Below are positions 7,867-16,039 of a stretch of 32,000 nt of DNA, piece by piece. Position 1 is the first letter of the stretch; every line of letters begins with the position of its first letter. Position numbers and translations under genes: made by a program. Below the pieces are notes generated by a model. That model made no database searches and was not told the DNA's origin. It was given only the letters and a program-made list of their open reading frames with translations. Source of the stretch: Promethearchaeota archaeon. Its GTDB lineage: Archaea > Asgardarchaeota > Lokiarchaeia > Sigyniarchaeales > Promethearchaeaceae. The stretch lies in contig JAFGBS010000009.1 in the NCBI GenBank assembly GCA_016933055.1, positions 167,590 through 199,589 on the forward strand. Direction: 5' to 3'.

Positions 7867-9015
7867 TCACTTCCCTTTTTTTTCGTGAAAATCATAATAT
7901 ACTTTTTCTAGATAATCCAAATGTTTGATCGCAGTCTCTTTTTTAATGATTCCCTCTTCTTGATCCTTACGGATATTCTCTAACATATATTCAGGGTAAA
8001 ATGGTCGAACTGCAACATCCGTGAGTAAAAATACCCACTCGACATTTTTGTTATCTTTAATTATTTTTAAAATATTGTCTTTCTCCATTACCGATAGCAA
8101 ATGAGCAACATCTAAGGCACCTTCATCTGTTCCTTTGGGAATCTTATTCAACGGGTAAGGTCTATCTCGGAATAGTGCTAAATAATCAAATTTATCTGGA
8201 TTAGTCAAATTGCGAGCAAGAACCAGATTATCTTCTTCTGTTGGCTTATAGTCTGCGAAAAATTTCTTCACTTCTGAAAGATATTTTTCGGCGAGATTTG
8301 GGTTTGGTAAGTTATTTTTAGCGTTATCGATGAGATCAAACGCTGGAGCTCGAAATATTGTAAAATCTGAGATGAGGAAAAGAAAAACTTCCGCTACTCC
8401 TTCAATCCAATCTTGTTTTACTAAACCACTTTTTACAAATGGATCTAGTGTGATATCAAGATTGGTAATGATTTTCTTTAATGACTCTTCCAGCAATGCT
8501 TGGAGTTGTTTCTTCGAGTAGGCACGTTCCCTAAGTAATTCTAGGATTTTTCTCCCTTTTTGACTATAATAAATCTGAGCTAGTAATTGCTCCTTCGTCA
8601 AATATTTCAATCTTTCCAATAAGAACAGTGCATTTTTCAGATACTGTTTAAGTTTCTTCACTACTTCATAATTTGCACTGATACTTGTACCGAGTTGGCG
8701 GAGGTATTTCAAGATCGCTTCATTTATATCTTTAATTACAGCCTCTCCGAACATATCTGGATCCTCACCCAATTCCAATATGAGATTAATCATAAAGGGG
8801 GTAGGGGAATCCATGCCTGTGAAGTAGGATGCAACGTTGGACTGAACTTTTTCTAGACGGACCAAGACATTTCCCGCTTCTGCAACACCAGTAATATGAG
8901 CATAAAATACTCGCATCATATCATCTAGATCCACTTTCAATTCTTCGGGATAATTCAACTGCACAATTAAACCATCAGTATCGGTCCATTTTGTAACTAC
9001 AAATCCTTTAGGCAT
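7867..9015 (-). CDS. Hypothetical cytoplasmic protein: N-terminal alpha/beta domain (roadblock/longin-like pattern) followed by helical, winged-helix-like segments
   Basis: 382 aa with no signal peptide or TM helix. The first ~110 aa (MPKGFVVTKWTDTDGLIVQLNYPE...NVLVRLEKVQSNVASYF...FMINLILELGEDPDMF...) alternate beta and alpha propensity. GRKILELLRERAYSKKQLQALLEES...LVKQDW and a second C-terminal segment look like wH units. Stop/start spacing to the upstream paralog is TAA-A-ATG. Confidence 0.5.
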   Translation of the reverse strand: MPKGFVVTKWTDTDGLIVQLNYPEELKVDLDDMMRVFYAHITGVAEAGNVLVRLEKVQSNVASYFTGMDSPTPFMINLILELGEDPDMFGEAVIKDINEAILKYLRQLGTSISANYEVVKKLKQYLKNALFLLERLKYLTKEQLLAQIYYSQKGRKILELLRERAYSKKQLQALLEESLKKIITNLDITLDPFVKSGLVKQDWIEGVAEVFLFLISDFTIFRAPAFDLIDNAKNNLPNPNLAEKYLSEVKKFFADYKPTEEDNLVLARNLTNPDKFDYLALFRDRPYPLNKIPKGTDEGALDVAHLLSVMEKDNILKIIKDNKNVEWVFLLTDVAVRPFYPEYMLENIRKDQEEGIIKKETAIKHLDYLEKVYYDFHEKKGK

Positions 9016-9016
9016 T

Positions 9017-10633
9017 TTATTTGCTCCCTTCTATTTTCTTTTCTGGTATAGTTTTTTCTTCTGGGGGTGACATATCTTCATAACCCGACATGTCTTTTTT
9101 TGGAGCAGCTTTCTCTGAAGGCTGCGATGGTGCTTTTCTACTAGACTTATCTAGTAGACGTTTTTCTTCTTCAAAAATATTTCTTCCAATTGTGTTGGAG
9201 TCTTTTGTTTGCAATGGCTTGGTAGCCCTTCCATGTCGGATTTTTCGTCGTAGTGACTTTACAGTTCTAACTTGTGCGGGGAATTTAAAAATACCTTCAT
9301 ACAATCCGATTCCTGTAGCTAAGGCAGCAAGCAATCCTGCAGAACTATAAATATAAGGTTGCAAGTTCGTTGGAGGTGGGTCTGGCAATATAACTATATA
9401 TGTTAGTTTGAGCACTACGTTATCTATGTAAATTCCAATCGGAGAATCTAATTCAAAATTATCCCCAATATACATTTGAATAGATACGGTAATATTTTCA
9501 TCCAAACTAATTAGTGATGTAACATTGTATCCATCAGGATTAGCAACTTGGTAAATATCTGTGGCGGCACTGATTTTGACCGTTTCATAGAGTTTCTTAT
9601 TACTGACAAACAATCGAAATTCCGAGTTTGGAGAAGCATCTGTTGGCCATGGGGTATCAATTTTGTACGAAAATTCAAAGGACGCGTCTCGAATCAAAAC
9701 ATTCGTGCTATTAAGTGAATTCCCGATTCCATCCCAAGAAGCTGTTGTTAATTGGTTCATTTTCTTTTGATACGTGAACGATAAACTCACATTTTTGATA
9801 TATATGTCATCAAAAAAGTCTTGATCGCTATTTCTATTATCCTCACAAAATATTCTGATCCCCACGGTTATTGTAAAGTTAAAATCATCCGTATTTAACA
9901 CTGAAGTAAGAAAGAATTTCAGATTTTCTTCGGTGACAGTTGTTATTAATGTATCCTCCATTTGGTCGAATGTCCCCGCACTATCTTTACCGAGATCAGA
10001 AGTTTGATTATATGCAATTTCATACACTTTTTGCTTTGGTAAATCTGAAATTAGTAAATAATACCTAATGTAATCGTAATCTGCCGCTTGATGGACAGCA
10101 TCTCCAGGAACTTCAATTCCTCCAAAATCAGGATTGTTTGCATGAACGGTTGCATTGATTACAGCACTTACGGATGCAGAAGTGATTGTATAATCACTCA
10201 TATTATTCGGCATGCTAACATTATAATCAAAATGAACAGAAGGTGATTGGTCTGAACGCTGACCATAAGTGTCTCCCCAGTAATGAGAAACATAAAATCC
10301 TTCTGAAGTCACATCATAATCATCTGGCAAATCTGGATAGGCTATATTGTTTACTGCTGTCCATGTATCAGAATTCAAAGGTGCATTTAGCTCCCATTCC
10401 AATTCCTCTCCAAGTAAATTATAAAGTGCCTCTCCTGAACTCGAACTAGTAGTAATATCAGATTCATCTCCTGCTATAGAAGTTGACCATTGAGAACTGA
10501 TAGGATCATCAAAACCACTTATCCAAACTACATCTTCATAAAGTATTTCCCGAGCAGAAACTAAAGGAATTGTGCTTAAAAGACTAATCACACATAAAAT
10601 GCCTATGCTGGTAATTAATAGGGATCTTTTCAT
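9017..10633 (-). CDS. Surface glycoprotein paralog 1: signal peptide, two jelly-roll/CBM-like modules, Pro-rich stalk, one TM helix, conserved basic cytoplasmic motif, low-complexity tail
   Basis: Signal peptide MKRSLLITSIGILCVISLLSTIPLVSA|RE. I counted 9 N-x-S/T sequons by hand. Stalk PDPPPTN, TM YIYSSAGLLAALATGIGLY, then EGIFKFPAQVRTVKSLRRKIRHGRATKPL and a 64-aa K/E/S/P-rich tail. The start overlaps the stop of paralog 2 (ATGA at 10630-10633). Confidence 0.8.
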   Translation of the reverse strand: MKRSLLITSIGILCVISLLSTIPLVSAREILYEDVVWISGFDDPISSQWSTSIAGDESDITTSSSSGEALYNLLGEELEWELNAPLNSDTWTAVNNIAYPDLPDDYDVTSEGFYVSHYWGDTYGQRSDQSPSVHFDYNVSMPNNMSDYTITSASVSAVINATVHANNPDFGGIEVPGDAVHQAADYDYIRYYLLISDLPKQKVYEIAYNQTSDLGKDSAGTFDQMEDTLITTVTEENLKFFLTSVLNTDDFNFTITVGIRIFCEDNRNSDQDFFDDIYIKNVSLSFTYQKKMNQLTTASWDGIGNSLNSTNVLIRDASFEFSYKIDTPWPTDASPNSEFRLFVSNKKLYETVKISAATDIYQVANPDGYNVTSLISLDENITVSIQMYIGDNFELDSPIGIYIDNVVLKLTYIVILPDPPPTNLQPYIYSSAGLLAALATGIGLYEGIFKFPAQVRTVKSLRRKIRHGRATKPLQTKDSNTIGRNIFEEEKRLLDKSSRKAPSQPSEKAAPKKDMSGYEDMSPPEEKTIPEKKIEGSK

Positions 10634-12396
10634 TGGTTTCCTTCCCCCTTTGAGGTAATATCAAGATTAGTATCGGTTTTTGACGTATCAATAGATTTAG
10701 GTGGTTTGGGTTCGTTAATTTTATCTGCTTCAACATAGGACTTTGAGGAAGCTTCTTTACTTGCAGCGGTACTTTTTGTAGAAGATGTTTTCAGTTTTTT
10801 CTGAAGTTGTGTTTTTTCTGAAGCGTGTATCTCATTACTAATTGAGCTAGCATCCTTTTTTGTTAAGGGTTTCGTGCCTCGCCCCGTCCGTATTCTTCTC
10901 TTTAAATTACGTATGTGACGAACTTGAGCTGGATATTTGAAATGGCCCTCATAAGCACCAAATCCTACCCCTAATAATACCACTCCTCCCATTAACCCGT
11001 AAAGATATGGCCAATTACTCTCAGGTGGAGGAGCTGGAGGTTCAATTAATACATAGGCTACCCACAATTGTACATTTGTTATAGAAACTGTAATATTATC
11101 TGCAAGCGCAAATTCATCTGCCAGATATAATTCAATTGAAAGTGTAATATTCACTTCCTTTTGAAGTAATTTCGTTACATTAAACCCTTCAGCCTTTGAT
11201 TCTTGAAATGAAAAAGTTCCAGAACTTAATTTAATGGTTTCGTTATGCATATTTCCATTAATTCGAATCCGTAACTCCGAATTTGGGGAGGACAGCTCCC
11301 AAGGTGTGTCGATCTTGAAATCGTATTTAACAATTCCATTTGTGATTTGTGCATTATCCTCAACGATGGAATTTCCTACTTGGCTCCAAGAAGCAGATGC
11401 GTCACGATTGATTATTTTTTCATAACTGAATGTTAAATTATAAGATTTAATTAGTAAATCATCCCATGAATCATCATCGTTTAAAAAATTATCTTCGCAC
11501 CATATTTTCATTCCCATGGTAAAGTTAAAATTTCGATTATCCGTGGAAAGAACATCAGAAAGAAAAAATATTAAACTCTCTTCTGGAACAGTGAACAAAT
11601 AAGTATCTGTTAAGCTATCATATGTTGTTGTCAAATATTCAGCATCCGAGGTATATACATCTTGTCCGAGAGGATAAGTATATTGTCCTGTTTGATACTG
11701 GGCGATTTCATATGATTTTGTATTGGTAAGATCAGAAACTAATGAATAAAATCTTACATAATCGTAAGTCGAGAATTGAGGTGTTGTCGCCTGTGATGGT
11801 GGAACATCCGCCACGTTAGTATAATCCCCATAAGCTTCAACTCCACCATTTCCATTACCGTAACCGTTATTGGCTTTAACAGTAGCGTTCACAATTACAG
11901 AGACATTTGCTGATGTAATTCTATAATCCGACATGTCAACAGGCATAGATATATTTCTAGTCCAATGAACTGAGGTTAATTGACCTGCTTCGGCTTCCGT
12001 CCAGAAATGTGTAACATACATACCTTCAGATGTGATATCATAATCGTCAGGGAATGTAGTTAATTCTGGATTTTGTACTACCGTCCAATTATCAGTATGT
12101 GGTGGATCTTCTGCGATCGAGAATGTGCGATAATCTCCCACTACCTTGAAATCAGCTTGCCCCGAAGTCGGGCTTTCTGCTATCAAATCAGTCAAATCTC
12201 CATTAACCGAACTTATCCATTCGGGATCAATCGGAGCAATAAAACCGGGATTAACCATCCATTCCTTATCGGTTCCATCTTGAGCATTTAGTAAAGAGAT
12301 ATGGGAAAAAAACGCAATAACGATAAAGAAAACTATTAATCGATAATATTTCTTTTTTATTGTAAACCCCTCTGTAGGTTTTGTTATCTTAATCAC
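10630..12396 (-). CDS. Surface glycoprotein paralog 2 (same architecture as 9017..10633)
   Basis: GTG start, hydrophobic signal/anchor YRLIVFFIVIAFFSHISLLNA|QDG, and 10 sequons by hand count. Blocks shared with paralog 1 include DDYDITSEGMYVTHFW, MSDYRITSANVSVIVNATV, YEIA, FFLSDVLSTD, NFNFT, WCEDN, LTFSYEK, KIDTPW and SPNSE. Stalk EPPAPPPESN, one TM helix, then YEGHFKYPAQVRHIRNLKRRIRTGRGTKPL and a 77-aa S/K/T-rich tail. Confidence 0.8.
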   Translation of the reverse strand: MIKITKPTEGFTIKKKYYRLIVFFIVIAFFSHISLLNAQDGTDKEWMVNPGFIAPIDPEWISSVNGDLTDLIAESPTSGQADFKVVGDYRTFSIAEDPPHTDNWTVVQNPELTTFPDDYDITSEGMYVTHFWTEAEAGQLTSVHWTRNISMPVDMSDYRITSANVSVIVNATVKANNGYGNGNGGVEAYGDYTNVADVPPSQATTPQFSTYDYVRFYSLVSDLTNTKSYEIAQYQTGQYTYPLGQDVYTSDAEYLTTTYDSLTDTYLFTVPEESLIFFLSDVLSTDNRNFNFTMGMKIWCEDNFLNDDDSWDDLLIKSYNLTFSYEKIINRDASASWSQVGNSIVEDNAQITNGIVKYDFKIDTPWELSSPNSELRIRINGNMHNETIKLSSGTFSFQESKAEGFNVTKLLQKEVNITLSIELYLADEFALADNITVSITNVQLWVAYVLIEPPAPPPESNWPYLYGLMGGVVLLGVGFGAYEGHFKYPAQVRHIRNLKRRIRTGRGTKPLTKKDASSISNEIHASEKTQLQKKLKTSSTKSTAASKEASSKSYVEADKINEPKPPKSIDTSKTDTNLDITSKGEGNQ

Positions 12397-12407
12397 ATTA
12401 TCTTTGT

Positions 12408-12423
12408 TTTAAATTAATTTAAA
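12408..12423 (-). promoter_or_regulatory. 16-nt perfect A/T palindrome TTTAAATTAATTTAAA at the TATA-box position upstream of paralog 2
   Basis: It lies 12-27 nt upstream of the GTG start at 12396 on the minus strand. It is AT-only, so a chance occurrence in this genome is plausible. Confidence 0.25.
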
Positions 12424-12556
12424 TTTTCGTTAGAGAACTCATAACTCTTCAAAAGAGATCGGGAATTATTTGAAATAATCACTCTATATTAAGATATTAT
12501 CAAAAATGATCATAAAAGAAATAAGTCGACCTTTAAAATTAAGGTATGAATAACTT

Positions 12557-13894
12557 TTACTCTACAGTGTTATGTTCCTTGTTCCGTGGATTGTACAAAA
12601 TTTTTGCCGTGTTCAATCGATCAGATTTATGTTCTCTAAATACCCCTCCGATCCTTACTGATAAATCTTCAAAACTATACTTGAATTTAATTAACTCCCA
12701 CAATTTCAAAGCTACGAACCAGAATCCGACTACGATCATTAAATACGAAATGTTCATGATGACATTGCCCATTACCGCATCAAATTCTCCACTTAACTCC
12801 CCAAAGCGTGAGTGAAAGATGTTACTCCACAAAATATTCCATAAAGCTTCTAAACAATAAATCGTCAACGAAAGCATTCCGAAGCGACGTATAAAGATAC
12901 TTCTTTTTACCGTTTTCTCACCAGATTCAAAATCAAATTTTCTGAAAAACCACGGGATCCACAATAACATCAGCCCGAGATTTATAAATGAGAGATCTGG
13001 GGGTATGTTCTTGTATCTAAATAAGTAAGTAATAATATCTGTAGAAATAGTAAATAGGTGATATCCTACTAGTAATAATCCAACAATGAGGAAAATCAAT
13101 CCCAGTTTTCTGCAATAGCGCTTAACGGCTTTATAAGGACGATCTTCCGCTAAAAAAATACCGATCACAATTCCAATAAGTGCATATCCTGCATAAGGCA
13201 GTACACAGTGAAGGGATCCTGCTATAAAAGAGAGGAAAAATGCTGGTACATAATACAATCTACCCATTTCCAAATAAGATAAAAATAAGGGATTTAACCA
13301 TTCCCATAGTGCCTTAGAAATGGTTAACCACACAATAGCAAATATTGTGAGATTACGTATATTTATGTTTTTTGATTCCTCAAACCGATCTTTCCGCCAC
13401 ATGAATAATAAAGTAAAACAGGAAATTAATCCTGAACTTGCAATCATAGATAACGCATCGGCTTTAAAGAAGATTTCAATCTCCGGCAGACTAAATGCTC
13501 TTTTCTGAATTGAACCAGTGAAAAGGGAGTACAATTGATGATCACCCGTTAGAGCAGGAGTTGCCATAACAAATAATCCCATGTAGACAAAATGAAAAAG
13601 CAAGATCAATAAATTATTTATGATAGATGGTCTCACACTTCTCCAGATAGAATTACCTGCATCTTTTCGGTGGTAAACGATATAAGAATTTGCAATACCA
13701 GTAATTAATGCGAATAATCCTGCCCAAGTGCCTAAATAAAGCATTGGGGCAAATATGACTAGGGGTGAACGTGGAAGATATTCTACTGCATTTCCTTCAC
13801 CGAGAAAAATTCCGAACACGATACCATGTGCAAAAACGACCCCAAAAATAGCTAAGCCTCGAATAAAATCGATACTTAACAGTCGTTTAGACAT
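12557..13894 (-). CDS. Multi-pass membrane protein, acyltransferase-3 / DUF1624 (HGSNAT-like) type
   Basis: The N-terminus MSKRLLSIDFIRGLAIFGVVFAHG matches the R..S.D..RG.A...V..H signature of membrane O-/N-acyltransferases. About 10 or more hydrophobic helices follow. Confidence 0.55.
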   Translation of the reverse strand: MSKRLLSIDFIRGLAIFGVVFAHGIVFGIFLGEGNAVEYLPRSPLVIFAPMLYLGTWAGLFALITGIANSYIVYHRKDAGNSIWRSVRPSIINNLLILLFHFVYMGLFVMATPALTGDHQLYSLFTGSIQKRAFSLPEIEIFFKADALSMIASSGLISCFTLLFMWRKDRFEESKNINIRNLTIFAIVWLTISKALWEWLNPLFLSYLEMGRLYYVPAFFLSFIAGSLHCVLPYAGYALIGIVIGIFLAEDRPYKAVKRYCRKLGLIFLIVGLLLVGYHLFTISTDIITYLFRYKNIPPDLSFINLGLMLLWIPWFFRKFDFESGEKTVKRSIFIRRFGMLSLTIYCLEALWNILWSNIFHSRFGELSGEFDAVMGNVIMNISYLMIVVGFWFVALKLWELIKFKYSFEDLSVRIGGVFREHKSDRLNTAKILYNPRNKEHNTVE

Positions 13895-13973
13895 TGATCA
13901 GATCAATGATTATTCTAATAAATATCTATTTGAAATATTTTGTTTTGAAGAAAAAATTAGTAAAGAAAAGGAA

Positions 13974-15542
13974 TTAAAGCGTTTTTGTGGATTTCACGTT
14001 AAGCTCGTCTATATTTAGTCTCATTTTAGTTAACATATTCACTTGATCTGCTCGTGAGGGGATATTTAGTTTCTTTATTCTTGCACCTCTTCGGATTTTT
14101 CTTCTTATGCTACGTATTTTTCTCACATGGACAGGAAATTTAAGAATTCCTTGATACAAGCTAAATACAATAAAAAGTACTGCTATTCCTCCAGCAAGGC
14201 CTGCTGTCAAGGGTAAATAATTGGGTGGTGGTTCTGGAATCGGATCAGGGGTGAATATCATATAAGAGATCTTAAAATAGATGTTATCGATGAATATTGT
14301 GTAATTAAGCGTATTCTCAAATTCATCCGCAATATATAATTGGAATGAAACTGCCACGCTCAAGTTTGGAGTCAATAAATCCTTTAAAGCTCTTCCACTA
14401 AATTCAATTGTTTGATATATTGGAGTAAAACTATCCAATTTTACCGTTTCACTGTATTTTCTGCCATTAATAACGGTTTGAATCTCACTATTAGGGGATG
14501 CGGAAGTCCATAACGAATTGATTTTGTAATCAAAACTCAGTGACGCATTTGTGATAGTTGTGCAATTAACGACATCACCAAGTTGACTATATGAGATGGA
14601 ACTAAATTGGTCAATTTTTTTCTCATAGGTAAAGGATAAGCTGAAATTTTTGATACGTAGATCGTACCATGTATCTCTGTCGTAGGTAGGGTAATTATCT
14701 TCTGCATAAGCATTAATTTCGAGAATAATCGAGAAGTTTGTGTAATCGTATTGTAAAACTTTTGTGAGATAAAGGATTAGGAGATCTTGGTCAACAGGAA
14801 CTAATTCGGTATCGTTTAAATATACTCTTTCACCATACGTATTTGGTCCTACAGAACCCGATATGTCTTTCCCTAGGGTTGTGGTTTTATTATATGCAAT
14901 CCGATAATTTTCAATGTTGTTTGGATCTGTAACCGTGATTGAAAACCGTGCGTAATCTCCAACACCAATATATCCACTACTCAATAACACATCACCTGGT
15001 GTTTCTAAGTTTGTATCTCCACTCCCATTTACAATTGCACTAACTGAGGCTGATGTAATCACATAATCACTCATATTAACAGGAAGTTCAACTGAATGCT
15101 CCCATGTCATACTGGGGAAATTTCTGGTTTGGTTTCCCGTTACACCGAAATAATTTGTGACGGGTTCTTCTAGGTACTCATGCCCAATATAGCAGCCATT
15201 TTCATCAATACCATAGATATCGGGTAAAATAAACTCAGGATTGGGGATTTCAGTCCAATTATCGGAGATCGGCGGATTTGCATTGAAGACATAATCTCCC
15301 TCCTCACCAATTAAAACGAATGTGGCTTCTCCTCCTGTTATTTGTCCATCCAAATCTTGATCATCCCCTGAAGTTTCGATTACCCAGAAAGAAGAATTAT
15401 CGAATCCATTATTTCGTAACCATTCAATATCTGTGTAATAATCTTCTCGTGCTGATACAGAAACAATTTTAGAAGAGACAATCGAGGATAAAATCAAGAT
15501 TGATATAATTATTACTAATCTCTTGATCCACTTCATTTTCAA
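13974..15542 (-). CDS. Surface glycoprotein paralog 3 (more divergent member of the same family)
   Basis: The signal peptide ends VSVSA|RE, as in paralog 1. I counted 13 sequons by hand. Shared blocks are NMSDYVITSASVSAIVN, RIAYNKT, NFS, AEDN, RIKNFSLSFTYEKK, SPNSE and FIDNIYFKISY. Stalk PDPIPEPPPN, one TM helix, then YQGILKFPVHVRKIRSIRRKIRRGARIKKL and a 30-aa tail. Confidence 0.8.
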   Translation of the reverse strand: MKMKWIKRLVIIISILILSSIVSSKIVSVSAREDYYTDIEWLRNNGFDNSSFWVIETSGDDQDLDGQITGGEATFVLIGEEGDYVFNANPPISDNWTEIPNPEFILPDIYGIDENGCYIGHEYLEEPVTNYFGVTGNQTRNFPSMTWEHSVELPVNMSDYVITSASVSAIVNGSGDTNLETPGDVLLSSGYIGVGDYARFSITVTDPNNIENYRIAYNKTTTLGKDISGSVGPNTYGERVYLNDTELVPVDQDLLILYLTKVLQYDYTNFSIILEINAYAEDNYPTYDRDTWYDLRIKNFSLSFTYEKKIDQFSSISYSQLGDVVNCTTITNASLSFDYKINSLWTSASPNSEIQTVINGRKYSETVKLDSFTPIYQTIEFSGRALKDLLTPNLSVAVSFQLYIADEFENTLNYTIFIDNIYFKISYMIFTPDPIPEPPPNYLPLTAGLAGGIAVLFIVFSLYQGILKFPVHVRKIRSIRRKIRRGARIKKLNIPSRADQVNMLTKMRLNIDELNVKSTKTL

Positions 15543-15643
15543 CTTAATTCAGATCCCTTTGAATGATATGATAATTTTGGATATTGATTCTATATATATC
15601 TTAACTTATACATTACATTAACTATCAAATATTTGTGAATACC

Positions 15644-16039
15644 ATGAATGAAGAAACTATAGCTGATAGAAAATTCCCTGAAGATTTTACTTCTAAAGAG
15701 CGCGCAATTTTTGAGGTCGGCATCAAACTTGGAGCGCTTTATCATATCGCAATGGGTATGCCCATTTCAAAAGATCCAATGACGATTGCATCCATCGAGA
15801 CCGCTCTTGCTAATTCTATTAAATCTCAACCCTATGTCACTGAGATGAAAGTGAAATTAAACGTGGACAATATTATGGGGTCAAAATCCCATGAATTTGA
15901 TTACTCTGAAATCACATCTTCGACTCTAAACGCAGAAATCCGACTTAAGTATAACAATATAGAAGTGTTAGGAATGTTGGAATGGAATGAAGAACTCAAC
16001 TACCCGCTTATGTTCGTCAAGAAGATACGCTCAGACTAG
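15644..16039 (+). CDS. Probable archaeal-type dihydroneopterin aldolase (MptD-like)
   Basis: About 131 aa. KERAIFEVGIKLGALYHIAMGMPIS resembles the conserved FE.GIKLGAL.H core I recall for the archaeal DHNA/MptD family. The H4MPT gene context supports this. The track start is GTG 15635, but ATG 15644 is more likely. Confidence 0.45.
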   Translation: MNEETIADRKFPEDFTSKERAIFEVGIKLGALYHIAMGMPISKDPMTIASIETALANSIKSQPYVTEMKVKLNVDNIMGSKSHEFDYSEITSSTLNAEIRLKYNNIEVLGMLEWNEELNYPLMFVKKIRSD

